Shown: positions 22,881-34,635 of the stretch, in pieces
Layout: each line of letters opens with the position of its first letter
Position numbering within the stretch: the first letter of the stretch is position 1
Assembly: GCA_001600815.1 (NCBI GenBank)
Contig: BCKZ01000045.1
Span: forward strand, 1 to 57,069
Length of the DNA stretch: 57,069 nucleotides
Reading direction: 5' to 3'
DNA from: Alloascoidea hylecoeti
Taxonomy: Eukaryota
Notes under the pieces: model-generated
Told to the model about the DNA's origin: nothing
Database searches by the model: none
The model's input: only the letters and a program-made list of their open reading frames with translations
Program-made: the position numbers and the translations under genes

Positions 22881-24934
22881 ATGAACTCAGATAATATTGT
22901 GACTTCGAGTGACATTGACACCGACACTCCTAGTGGAAAAGTTATGGAGATTGAAGTTGTGGAATTGGAAGTGGAAATCAAAGAAAAACACGCATTTCTT
23001 AAGAAACTTGTTTCAAGGTATGATCATTCCTCATATATCGTTTATGTTGATAATACTAACTATTAAAAAGTGTTTTTGTTATTTATCTTTTATATCTTTC
23101 ATTATGGAAATGTCCTTTGAATAAACCTTTCAAGTCTCAAGACCCCTGTTTGTGTACTCCTCTTCATATTTCTTCGGGTTTGTCAATTTACTCCTATAAT
23201 AATTATGTTTCCCCTTACTACCATAATCAATTAGAACCAACCATCCAACCATACATTTCAACAACAAAAAAACATTTAGATCCTTTGATTTCTTCGGTAT
23301 CAAATAATGTTAATGATTTTATAAATAATAATCAATTAGATGATAAATATTATTTATTCTCTTCAAAAGCAATTCACATCTATTCAAATTACCATACAAG
23401 GTTAATTAACCATCCAACTTTAATACGATTAATTAATACTTTTCAACTATTAAATTTAAAATTTGATGAATTTCTTAAAAAACATCAAATAATTTTAAAA
23501 TTTAATACATCTTTAGATACAACTCATGAAAAATTACAACCATTTATTGATTCATCACTTACAATTTTAAATAAATTTTCAAATTTATCTTTAGATTTTT
23601 TAAAAACAAATATTTTACCAAAATTATGTAAAAATTATTTATTAATTTTAAATAATTTTAAAAAAATTTCAAACAATTTAAAATTATATTTTAATTTTAA
23701 AATATTACCATTTTTAAAAAAATTTTATTATACACAAATTCATCCACAATTTTTAAAAATTGGTGAAAGAATAACATCAAATTCAACATCCCTCAACAAT
23801 AAAACAATTTCTTCTACTTCTTCAAATTCAATAAATAAACAAAAATTTAATTCAATTCAATGGTCTGAATTAATAAATGCAACATGTAATAATGCAATAT
23901 CATCATTTATTAAAGAATCTGAATCATTAAAAAATGAGATTTTACAATCTGAAAAATCAAATTTTGAATCCCTTTTATCGTCATATCAAATGAAAATTCA
24001 TAAATTTTCTTTAAATATTGGTAAAGAGATTTTAAAAATTAAACCAACAATTGAAGATATTAAAAATCCTAAATTAACGAGACAAGATGTAAGAGATTAT
24101 TTTACAGAAGCTTATAAAATTATTGATGATAATGAATTAGAAATATTTAAAAAACTTGATTTTTTTAAAAATAATACTTTATTTAAGATAAATTTATTAA
24201 AGAATGATACAATTGATATATTAAAAGAATTTAAAGAATCAACTTTACAAGAATATGCAAGACAAATATTATCATCATCATCTAAAGTTATATCAACATC
24301 AACAAAACTTCAAAATCAAAATTCAAACCCAAACAAAAACAAAAACAAAAACATAAACACGGATGAAAATGATAATGAAGTTGAATTGTGGGATGAATGG
24401 AAAAATTATCATTTATTAAAAACAAAATTAATATCAACTGAATTAAATTTACTAAATTATTCAATTTCAAATCAAGATTTAATAATTTATTGTAGAGATA
24501 TTAAAATTACAACACAAATTATAACAAGAGAATCAACTCAATTTTTACAAATTTTAAGAGCAAAAGCAAATTTAGCTTTTCAAGAACGTGAAGTTTTAGA
24601 AAGAAAATTAAAATTAGAAGAAGAAGAAGAAGAAAATAAAAAGGAAATTGAAAGTAAAAATAAAAATAAAAAGGAAATTAAAAATAAAAAGGAACAAAAA
24701 ATTATAAAGGAAATTGAAAATGAAAATGAAAATGAAATTCAACAGGAAAAGGAAATTATCAATGAAAATATCACTCTAACCAGTACTCTAACAAAAACAA
24801 TCACTAAATCAAAATCATCAACTGAATTAGACCATGATACAATTGATAATGTTAATTCCATTGAATCTATTCATTCTCATTCTACTTCAATCTCAGACCT
24901 TACTTCTAATTCTGATTCAGAACTCAGCCCTTAG
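22881..24934 (+). CDS. SHE10: She10-like outer spore wall/membrane protein, two exons (22881-23017, 23071-24934)
   Basis: TRQDVRDYFTEA and TRESTQFLQILRAKANLAFQERE match the She10 family. A 53-nt intron GTATGA...TACTAAC...AAG restores an N-terminal TM segment (VSSVFVIYLLYLSLWKCP) in frame. Confidence 0.78.
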
Positions 24935-25834
24935 AACTAGGATCTACCACAACATCCAATTCAAATTAAAAATTAAACCATAATTAATGGTTATATTATA
25001 AATATACTTTTTTTTGATATTTACTTTATAACATTTCTTTAACCTTTTCCTTATCTTTTATATTTTATTATGACAAGATATTCATTATCCTTTAAATATA
25101 GCATATTTTATTCCTTTCCCAACCCAATCCTACTTTTTCCTATCTTATCCTATATATCCTCTTCTATTCTCCACTCCTCTTTACCTTTATACGATTGTCT
25201 ACAATTCACCTATTTCCTTTCTATATATAATGTTCTTGATTTTGCAATTGTTGATTACTCATTAAATTGGTTGTAACTGAATTGATTTTTTTCTTCATAT
25301 TATTTTGATAACTTATGTTTTTTTTTAAGATTATTATTATTATTTTATTCTAAATTATTTTAAAGTTACTTCTATTCTATATTGTTGTTGTTTATATAGT
25401 ATTTGTTTAATTTATAATTAGGATGAATTTTATATTTTCTTTTGAAATTTATAATTAAATAATTAAATGTGATAATATTTGATTAATCATTCCCTTTATA
25501 CAATATAATTGTGTGAATACTATTTTCCATTCATTCTTCGGTGACAGCGATCATCAACTTTCAAGCTTAGCTGTTATAATATTAATTAGCTACTGTTTCT
25601 AGTTGCAGTGCCTAGTAAATTCAAATTTATACTTTTAGATGATATTCACTCTAGCTAGTTGTGAATAGTTGGACCAATTACAAAATATTCATTTTTCAAT
25701 TGGGGTTGTTTCATTAATAAACTGTTATTAGTTCTATTTAAGATTCACATTAAATTTTATGAAATCATCATAATATCTATAAGCTTAATCATAATTATAT
25801 AAATCAAATCAAATCGAAAGACATATTTCAATGT

Positions 25835-27547
25835 TTAAAACAACTTTTTAATAATTTTATCTAATTTAGTTGGATCAGGTTCTTTATAATTTTCTTCATA
25901 ATCGTCAATTTCTTGTTTCCCAGTAAAAATATCAATTTCTTCAGGTTTTAACCATTTATTCCTTTTATAAATAAATTTCCAAAATATAAAAACAGCTACC
26001 ACAAAAAATATCATAAAATATGCAAATAAAAAATCAGAAATTGACCAATTTCCAGGTTTAAAAACACTATAACCTTGTAAAAACAATAATATAATATTCA
26101 TAATCATTGAATACCATACAATCCAATGTGAATGTTTATGTTTATATGGTAGTGATTCCCATGATATTCCTTGTGCTTTTAATGCTTGTCTCCATCTAAT
26201 ATAAGCTGCATTAATTAATGCCATATAAATCATTAATGATGATGTTGAAAGATAAACAAACCATGTTAAAACTGTTTGTGATGAATTACCTAATTGTAAA
26301 AATGAAAGACATCCAATTGCTGCAACTAATAACATTGATCCAACTGGTGCACCATTTTTTAAACAAATTTTAAAAATTTTGGGGGCTTTATTTTCACATG
26401 CCATACCATAAAGTGATCTTGTTGCACAATAAAAAAATCCATTACCTGATGAATAAATTGTTGTTAACATAACTGCATTAACAAAATCAGGAAGTCCTGA
26501 AATTCCTAACATTTTCATTGATACAACATATGGTGAACGTCCTGCACCTGGTGAACCACTTGAAATTGCATCCGCTAATATTTCAGAATTATATGGACAA
26601 ACAATACCAACAGATAAAGCACCTAAAACAAAAAATAAAAATAATCGAACAATAACAGTTTTAAATAATTTTGGTAGTACAACCCTTGGATTTTTAACTT
26701 CACCAGCTGTCATTGAAACATAATCAGGTCCTGCAATAGTAAAAGAAGCATTAATTAAACATGCTAAAAAACCTTCAAAATATGATAAATGTGATCCTCC
26801 ATCACCAAGATAATCAGCTGCAACTCCTGGATCTTTCCAATAATGAAATCCATATGCCCATCGTTTTGGATTTGCACCAACCATTGTGAAAAAAGTATAA
26901 CAGATCAACATTGTTATAAGTAATACTTTCCAAATAGCTAACCAAAACTCAATTTCACCATAAATATTAACACCAAATAATTCAATTATAATATAACTTG
27001 AAAGAACAACAACAATTGGAACAGCAGTTGGTATTTTATCAGTCCAATATTCCAATATCACACCAAAAGCAGTAACTTCATAACAAACCAAAGTTACTTC
27101 ACCAAGGAAATAATTCCATCCGTTTGCAACACCAATTGCCTCATCAATATACCTAGTAATATAAACAATCCAACTAGAATCAACAGGTAGATAAATAGTC
27201 ATTTCAGATAACACACAATTTGTACCATAAACAACTGAACACCAAACAATATAAGCTAATAATAATGGTAATGGACCAGAAGCTGCTAAATAACTACCCA
27301 TTGTTATAAAAAGTGCTGTTCCTATACATCCACCCATTGCTAATAATTGTGCTTGTCTATTACTTAATCTTCTTTCTGTATGATGTTTTGTTGGAATTGT
27401 AAAAATTCCAAATATTTTATGATTAATTAATTCTGTATCTCCTATTTCTATTCGTGCAATTGATCCATTTACTTGTTTTTCAGATATTGAATCAGATATT
27501 GATGTTGATTTATCATGTTGTATGTTTTGTCTTGAAATAAGTGTCAT
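25835..27547 (-). CDS. Yeast amino acid transporter (APC/YAT family), AGP2-like
   Basis: RRLSNRQAQLLAMGGCIGTALF, YGEIEFW, AGEVKNPR and SPYVVSM motifs, with about 12 hydrophobic segments. ATG at 27547. Confidence 0.9.
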   Translation of the reverse strand: MTLISRQNIQHDKSTSISDSISEKQVNGSIARIEIGDTELINHKIFGIFTIPTKHHTERRLSNRQAQLLAMGGCIGTALFITMGSYLAASGPLPLLLAYIVWCSVVYGTNCVLSEMTIYLPVDSSWIVYITRYIDEAIGVANGWNYFLGEVTLVCYEVTAFGVILEYWTDKIPTAVPIVVVLSSYIIIELFGVNIYGEIEFWLAIWKVLLITMLICYTFFTMVGANPKRWAYGFHYWKDPGVAADYLGDGGSHLSYFEGFLACLINASFTIAGPDYVSMTAGEVKNPRVVLPKLFKTVIVRLFLFFVLGALSVGIVCPYNSEILADAISSGSPGAGRSPYVVSMKMLGISGLPDFVNAVMLTTIYSSGNGFFYCATRSLYGMACENKAPKIFKICLKNGAPVGSMLLVAAIGCLSFLQLGNSSQTVLTWFVYLSTSSLMIYMALINAAYIRWRQALKAQGISWESLPYKHKHSHWIVWYSMIMNIILLFLQGYSVFKPGNWSISDFLFAYFMIFFVVAVFIFWKFIYKRNKWLKPEEIDIFTGKQEIDDYEENYKEPDPTKLDKIIKKLF

Positions 27548-29672
27548 GATAATTAAATATATATATAGTATAATACTATAATGAGAACAACGAGCGGCTG
27601 AACTAGATTGCAAATAAAATTATTTGATTACCTTAGATTATATAAAATAATACAATTTTAAATTTTAAATTTTAAATGGTGTATGTTAATTAAATCAATC
27701 CTAGATGCAAAAGTCTAGTTATAAATAACGGCCAAAGAGATGATATTTATATATCCATATTATTCAATGATGTCTTAGATCGGTTGTATACCAATATGAT
27801 GATCTCCTCGGACGAGTATGATATGACATACAATAATGTATATTTAGTATTTACTAGAGGAGTTACATATTCTATTATATGTGAATTAAAATAGATAAGA
27901 GTTTTGTTAAATGTTTCATTGAAGGTTAAGGCTTATACAAGCTTTTTCTTATACACCAATTTAGATAAATATTCCATAATTATTCTTTATCTTCTAATTC
28001 ATAATTAAATCGTATAATAATAGTAAAATTGAAATGAATTATTCGTACTTTCTTGTTGTATAGATGTGATTTCTGTTTATATTATATAATTAGATTATTA
28101 ATCTCGTGATTATCATTACATAACAATTTGGATAAAGCGTTAGGCGTGGGGAAAAACATTGATAATGCTTCAACTAGGATAATGCCGATATCAAATAATC
28201 ACTCATTTAAATTTGTATGAGCCAATACCTATCACTGTTAATATTCTATTATCAAAATTCCTATCTAATGAAATTAGGAAATAAATTCCTACTTATCTAA
28301 TGTGTGCCTGCATTGTGAACTGCAGTAGGTAACGAATCATGGTGAGTGTTCGAACTTCGACTCAACACAAGGCTAATGATCTAATTAATCGATTAGATAC
28401 GAGTAAGATACTGTAAAGGATTTAACCAGGAGGTTAAAAATCGGGTAATTATAAGTTTTTATAACTGAAAAAAGATATAATCCATAAGAAAAAGTATGTG
28501 AATCTCTAAAGGAAACTTACTAAAGTGTCCATACTATTTAAACAGTGGAATCATCCAAACATTCAGCTGCAAATTCATATAGGCGCTAGAATAAATGTTG
28601 TGTGGAAGGGGGTTTATCTTAATAAATCTAGTCCCTTTTCCACATAAGAAGGATAGTTAGTTTCATTTCTAATGTTTAAATATTTAATATTTTCCCATAT
28701 TGTGATAATTTCTTATTATAATCAATATCATTCTTATTCGTATTGATATAATTTTTTAGATTTTATAAATAGCTTCCGATTTCCCTTTTAGTTATAGCTG
28801 GAAGAAGAAGAGGTTTCAATAAATTAATTTCACTTAATTTAGGCCACATTACATTAACGTTTCGCCCACATTTATGTCAACGTGGAAAGGTTTCAAGCTC
28901 TTCAACAGTAATACAGCTCTCCCATTTTACACTTTTGAAGATTTTGCAAAACCGTTATTGACCTTGTTTTATTGGACATAAAAATGAGCAAATATTTAGT
29001 GCCAGATGGCTGAACTGAAGTGGGAAGCTGGTCGAATATTATTATGTGGCCGACCTATCAATTTAGACTGTTGGCGAATAGTTTCTAATATGCGGGCGAA
29101 TATATTGATTAATAAGTGGTGGTCCTTATTAAGTTTTTAACGCATAAGGCTTCACATATGGTAGAATTATTAGTACAAACTTATTTAACCCAAACATAAT
29201 TTCTTACTAGATTGATCTTAGGGTACAAATTCGGGAATCCTTAAATCCCGTAATGTCTAAATCAACTTGAAGACTTGTTTAGCTCTGCGTGGGAAAAACG
29301 CTTATACTTTTTTGAATTTTGAAAAATATATATAATAATTATGTATACATAAATAGTTACGTCGGTACATGTTCAAATTGATTTTAATCGCAACAAATAT
29401 ATTAATGCAAATTTAATCTATATGGCATATTTTTGTTAATATTTTTAGCCAACCACATTGCACAATCCGGCAATTGAGAAACGTTTATGTTATAAAATAG
29501 CATCCTTAAAACGGTAAAACCTACAATAGAACCAATTCAATTATCGGGTCAAGTTACTCTCGCTTACATATTTCATTAATCAAAGTTATGAACATCTTGA
29601 ATTTCTTGGTGATTCTATTCTTAATCATTTAACAACTTTGAATCTATATCAAAAATTCCCTGATGTCGATAA

Positions 29673-29999
29673 TGTTGGCTTATGGGCTCTTGTTGGTTGA
29701 TGTCCCTGGATTTATTCTTATTCAACGAATTCTTATTATTTTGTTGTCCATTTTGTTGACCTGTTGGTTGAGAAGGTTTTGAGATATGATCAATAGTAAT
29801 AACTTCCTTCTGTTTTAATTGTGATTCTATTGCTAACATTTTTCGTTTAATTTCTTTTTCAGTGATATTTTGTCCAGTCATTTTAATTGTAACTTTCTCA
29901 TACTCTGCTTGAAGACTTACTTAGCATCATATTTAATTGTGTGATTACTGGGAAGATAATTCCCTTGGACATCAACCAACAAGAGCCCATAAGCCAACA
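29673..29999 (-). mobile_element. 327-bp TG..CA mini-element with 33-bp perfect terminal inverted repeats and a 5-bp TSD (GATAA)
   Basis: TGTTGGCTTATGGGCTCTTGTTGGTTGATGTCC at 29673-29705 and its exact reverse complement at 29967-29999; GATAA at 29668-29672 and 30000-30004. Confidence 0.9.
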
Positions 30000-30215
30000 G
30001 ATAATGGTATATTAACAGTAAAAAGATCAAGTATTGTTAATAATAAAAGACTTGTACAATGGGCTCATTTATATGGATTTAAACATTGAATAATAATATC
30101 ATCATTAAGTGTTAATCAAGACCATTATAATTCAAAAATTTATGCAGATTTGATAGAATCATATATTGAAGGTCTATTTCTTGAAGATAATCATATGATA
30201 AAATTCAGCCATGGT

Positions 30216-30435
30216 CTTAAGGAATCTATCACCAAGTGGTTCTAAATTGCTTATAAGATCTTTTTGTTTGAGTTACACGCTACGACGAACCGATGTCAAT
30301 TAATTTCTGATAATAACTAAAAACTTTTATTCCAACTAAATACTTTTATTTATCGTTGATTAAATATCGGCCACTAATAATTTTAAATTTCGTGGTTGTG
30401 CTGAGAATTCACTTTTCTGATTTACTTCTCATACA
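30216..30435 (-). repeat. 3' LTR of the Ty3/gypsy element
   Basis: Direct repeat of 35596-35815, adjacent to the PPT. Confidence 0.95.
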
Positions 30436-30450
30436 CTCCTCCCTTTTAAA

Positions 30451-33400
30451 CTAGGACGTCCTCGTCCTATCCTCCCTATTCTGCTCAACTTTCTTCCTCA
30501 GGAACTCGTCGTAATACCTTGTCTTCATTTGATTCTTCAATTTCTCTGGTGCTAGTTCGAATTCTCTAAAGGTTATTTCTGATGGGGCATGGGGATCACA
30601 ATCCGTCCAGGTTACTGTGCTAGTTCGGGTTAATTCATTATACTTAATCAAATTTTTCATTTCACTTATTCTTTCTTTAATTTCCTTAGGTGTCTTTGGT
30701 GGTACTTTGTTATAATCTTGGGCGTTATTGTATTCCTTGAGCCATTTTATGTTAATGTTGCGCCATCGGTTCTTTATTGTTCTGAAGTCTACTTGGTATG
30801 TATTCTCGTTCATCACATTTATTATCTCGTATGGTCCTTCATAAACTGGCTTCAATTTCTTGTTCTCTGCTGGAATACCTTTGTTTTTTCTATCTATTAA
30901 TACCCAATCTCCTACTTTGTAACTATTTGCTCTTCTTTTCTTGTTTGTCTGTTCTTCTTGTTCTTTTTGAGCATCCGCCATATGGTCCCTAATTCTCTGT
31001 AAGATTGCCTTCATTTTCTCTACTTTTTCCTCTGCTGACATTGATTTCCTCGTTAAGCTAACTGTTTCGAATTCTCTGGGGTCTGCTGGTTCATAACCTA
31101 NTTCTGCCATGAATGGTGAACAATTGATCGATTTCTGGTAGCTACTGTTGTACGCAAATTCCAATATTGGTAGGTACTCTTCCCAGTCGTCGTTTTCCTT
31201 GTTCACATACGCTCTCAATAACTGGTTCAAGATCTTGTTTAGTCTNTCCGTCTGGCCATCCGTGTCAGGGTGGTTAACTGTTGAAAAGTCTAATACTGTT
31301 CCCAGTAATTCGTGTATTGTTCTCCAAAAGGCTCCTAAAAATCGAATGTCTCTATCTGAAATTATGTTCTTTGGTGTACCATGCAGGCGGAAAATCTGTT
31401 CTACAAACAATTTTGCTGCCCCCTCCCCCGTTAATTCTTTGCTTGTGGCAATAAAGTGTCCTCGCTTTGTTAGTCTATCTATAATAACAAAAATAGCATT
31501 ATGTCCCTTCTTATTCTTCGGGATACCTGTAACAAAATCCATTGATATTTGTTCCCATCTTTCTTTTGGTATCGGTAAGGGCATTAATAAACCTTGCGTG
31601 GCTCTCGTGGTTGACTTAACGGTTTGGCATGTATAGCACTTATTAATATATCTTTTAATCTGTTTGAACATATTCTTCCAGTAATATTTCTTCGCGATCA
31701 GTAAGTATGTCTTGTAGTATCCAAAGTGTCCACTTAGGGGTGAATCGTGTCCCAACTTCATGATTTTCTGTTTCACTTGGCCATTGGGCGTGTCTGGCAC
31801 ACAAATTCTTCCTTCATCGTCATCCCCTATGGTAGTATTGAATACAAGCAATCCTTCAACTATTGAATAATGTCTAATATAAGCATTCATTTTCGTCGGT
31901 ACTTCTTTCTTGTTCTTTAAAATGTCAAAAATTTCAGCAAAGTCTCTATCGTTTTCGTACTGTTTCTTGATTTCTTCTACTAGTTCTTGGTTAGCCTCTA
32001 CTGTACTAAGTTCCGTCGCGTTCACTTCAAAGTTTACTCTACTTAAGGCATCTGCTGCTGAGTTGGTTTTACCAGGTATATACTTAATGGTGAAATTAAA
32101 TTCCGCCAGGAAGTCTATCCANCTAGCAATTCTGCTTTTNTTCAGTTGCTTTTGTTGNTGAATATATTGTAANGAATTATGNTCTGTCTGTAACACAAAG
32201 TGGTTGTCNTTCAAGTAATATTCCCACTCCTTCAGTGCNAACACTACCGCCATAAATTCTTTCTCCCTTGTTGGATAATTCAGTTCTGCTTTCTGTAGTT
32301 TCTTTGACGCGTAACCCACTACTCCTATCAGTTTACCGTCTATTGTCTTTTCCTCTAGTGTGGCCCCTAATGATATATCGCAAGCGTCTGTAGTCACTAT
32401 AAATACTCTATCACCTTGTTGTGGTATTTGTGGTACTACTAAAATTGGTTCCGATGACAATTTCTGCTTTAGTTCTTCAAAAGCTATGTCGCATTCTCCG
32501 TCCCACTCTCTGGCTTTGTTCGCGAATTCTATCATTGGCTTTGCTATCTTCGAGTACTGTGCGATAAATCTTCTGTAGTAGTTTGCTAGTCCTAGAAATG
32601 ATTGTGCTTCTTTATCACTTTTGGGTACTGGCCATTCCTTAATGGTGGCCACCTTCTTGTCATCCGGCATTATCCCGTTACTGGTGATTTTATGTCCTAA
32701 AAAGTCTAATTCCTTCAACATAAATGCACATTTCTTCTTCTTCGCTCGTAACTTGTTGGCTCTAAGTTTCTCCAATACCAGTTTTACATGTTCTTCGTGC
32801 TCTTTCTCGTTCCTTGAGTATATCAAAATGTCATCTAAATACACTATCACAAATTTGCCTTTAAATTCTGCTAACACATCATTCATAACGTACTGAAAGG
32901 TGGCCGGGGCATTGGTTAACCCAAACGGCATTACATTCCATTCAAAATGTCCATCTTTCGTCGTGAATCCTGTCTTTGCTCTGTCTGCTTCATTTATAAC
33001 GATTTGGTGATAGCCCGACATCAAATCTAACTTCGAGAATACTTTCGCACCATGTAATTGATCTAGCAGGTCATTAATTACTGGTAAAGGGTACCTATTC
33101 TTAATCGTTTGGTTGTTAAGAAGCCTATAATCAACACATAACCTCATGCTACCATCTTTTTTCTTCACAAATAATACCGGTGCCGAATATGGGGACTGTG
33201 ACCTGGATATTGACCCATTCTCCAACAGCTCTCTTAGCTGTCGTTGTAGTTCTTCATTATCCTTATATGACATTCTATAAGGAGCTCTAGCCGGTGGTTT
33301 AGACCCTTCCATTATCTCTATGTTATGATAAAACTGGTGTTGTCTTTCCGGTACTCCTTTTGGTTGTATATTTGTCACAACGTCTTCATATCCGCTCAGG

Positions 33401-34635
33401 AATTTAGGTAGCTCTGGTTCTGGTTTGGTTGATTCTATTACTTCATTCACTTCCAACGGTTCTTCGCCTATGTCTTCAACTTTTAGTTGTACTCGCCCCC
33501 AACTGTTGTGTCTAATTTCCTTCAAAAATTCGGTCACACCAAGGGTTTGGCACTTAACTGGCTCAGGTTCATTACTTCTGAGGTTGGGCTCACAGGTTCT
33601 ACGATTAGTGAATATTTTGGTTAAACCTTTAAAAACTTCAAATACTTTATTATTATTTTTCTTTATTTCTTTATTTAAATTCATAATTTCTTTACTTAAT
33701 ATCTTAACTTCTTTATTTTCTTCTTTCTCTTTTATGTCTTCAACTGTCTCTTTTGATGTGACAAGGCTTGGTTTTCTATTTTTCATATTACTAAAATCAC
33801 ATACATTATTATTACATACATATTTTCTTGCCATATTTTCCTTTATAATCAGGCCCTTAACTCTGGGTCCTGATTCTTCTTTTCTTTCGGCATCTTGTTT
33901 CTTTTCTAAGTCAATATTTTTTCTTCCACTCGCCATTGTGGGTCTTTTTGGGTTTTTATAATTTTTTTTGTTTTTTATATTTTTAACATTTTTTTCTAAT
34001 TTTTCTGCCTTGTCTTTTACATCATCTTTTACTTTTGTATAACTTTCTATCTTATTCAGGTCTATTCCTTTGATCTCTGGCTGCTCCATGCTTAATATCT
34101 TCTTTGGGTCTTTATCTTTCTGTTCTTTATAAATGAATGGTCTTCCTAAATATACTTGGTGGCTGAGTCCTTCTGTGACCCAGAAATCCATCTTCCAGTA
34201 CCTATTTTCATATCTTAATTCTAACTTGACCACTCCTGTTACCAGCATCTCGTTACTAGCTTGTGCTGTGTTTAGGACCCTTGGAACCGCCAACTGCCGG
34301 ACTGTATTTGAGGCACCCACCAATTCTACAGTGCGAGCATCTATTAACATTGAGGAACAACCAGAATCTATAAGGCATGGCACTATGTTACCATTAATTT
34401 GGAAGGGAATTTCCTTTAACATCATGTTCAGGGGTACTTCTTCTTCTAAATCTTGACCTAATTCTGAGGTTCCCTTCGTACTACGCACTACAGTACTAGC
34501 TGTTGTCACTATTACATCCCTTGGGCCCAACTTCGGTATCACCCTTGGCTGGGTTGGTCTGTTTTTCGTTAACAACTGGGGGCCTTTTATACCAATATTA
34601 CCGGTCCTTCTTAATATTGGGTTGCTTTTGGGCAA
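30451..34635 (-). CDS. Ty3/gypsy Pol (protease, RT, RNase H, integrase)
   Basis: LIDSGCS (PR); CVDYRLLN, MPFGLTNAP and YLDD (RT); TTDAC and ADALSR (RH); H..H..C..C, ISMDF, ISDRD and GPY (IN). There is no ATG start, so it is probably expressed by frameshift from gag. Confidence 0.96.
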   Translation of the reverse strand: MPKSNPILRRTGNIGIKGPQLLTKNRPTQPRVIPKLGPRDVIVTTASTVVRSTKGTSELGQDLEEEVPLNMMLKEIPFQINGNIVPCLIDSGCSSMLIDARTVELVGASNTVRQLAVPRVLNTAQASNEMLVTGVVKLELRYENRYWKMDFWVTEGLSHQVYLGRPFIYKEQKDKDPKKILSMEQPEIKGIDLNKIESYTKVKDDVKDKAEKLEKNVKNIKNKKNYKNPKRPTMASGRKNIDLEKKQDAERKEESGPRVKGLIIKENMARKYVCNNNVCDFSNMKNRKPSLVTSKETVEDIKEKEENKEVKILSKEIMNLNKEIKKNNNKVFEVFKGLTKIFTNRRTCEPNLRSNEPEPVKCQTLGVTEFLKEIRHNSWGRVQLKVEDIGEEPLEVNEVIESTKPEPELPKFLSGYEDVVTNIQPKGVPERQHQFYHNIEIMEGSKPPARAPYRMSYKDNEELQRQLRELLENGSISRSQSPYSAPVLFVKKKDGSMRLCVDYRLLNNQTIKNRYPLPVINDLLDQLHGAKVFSKLDLMSGYHQIVINEADRAKTGFTTKDGHFEWNVMPFGLTNAPATFQYVMNDVLAEFKGKFVIVYLDDILIYSRNEKEHEEHVKLVLEKLRANKLRAKKKKCAFMLKELDFLGHKITSNGIMPDDKKVATIKEWPVPKSDKEAQSFLGLANYYRRFIAQYSKIAKPMIEFANKAREWDGECDIAFEELKQKLSSEPILVVPQIPQQGDRVFIVTTDACDISLGATLEEKTIDGKLIGVVGYASKKLQKAELNYPTREKEFMAVVXALKEWEYYLXDNHFVLQTXHNXLQYIXQQKQLXKSRIAXWIDFLAEFNFTIKYIPGKTNSAADALSRVNFEVNATELSTVEANQELVEEIKKQYENDRDFAEIFDILKNKKEVPTKMNAYIRHYSIVEGLLVFNTTIGDDDEGRICVPDTPNGQVKQKIMKLGHDSPLSGHFGYYKTYLLIAKKYYWKNMFKQIKRYINKCYTCQTVKSTTRATQGLLMPLPIPKERWEQISMDFVTGIPKNKKGHNAIFVIIDRLTKRGHFIATSKELTGEGAAKLFVEQIFRLHGTPKNIISDRDIRFLGAFWRTIHELLGTVLDFSTVNHPDTDGQTXRLNKILNQLLRAYVNKENDDWEEYLPILEFAYNSSYQKSINCSPFMAEXGYEPADPREFETVSLTRKSMSAEEKVEKMKAILQRIRDHMADAQKEQEEQTNKKRRANSYKVGDWVLIDRKNKGIPAENKKLKPVYEGPYEIINVMNENTYQVDFRTIKNRWRNINIKWLKEYNNAQDYNKVPPKTPKEIKERISEMKNLIKYNELTRTSTVTWTDCDPHAPSEITFREFELAPEKLKNQMKTRYYDEFLRKKVEQNREDRTRTS

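Noticed and set aside
29621..29881. 86-aa ORF as an independent gene
   Set aside because: It is chimeric: it starts inside the 327-bp element, reads through the TIR and ends antisense in the RNase III relic.
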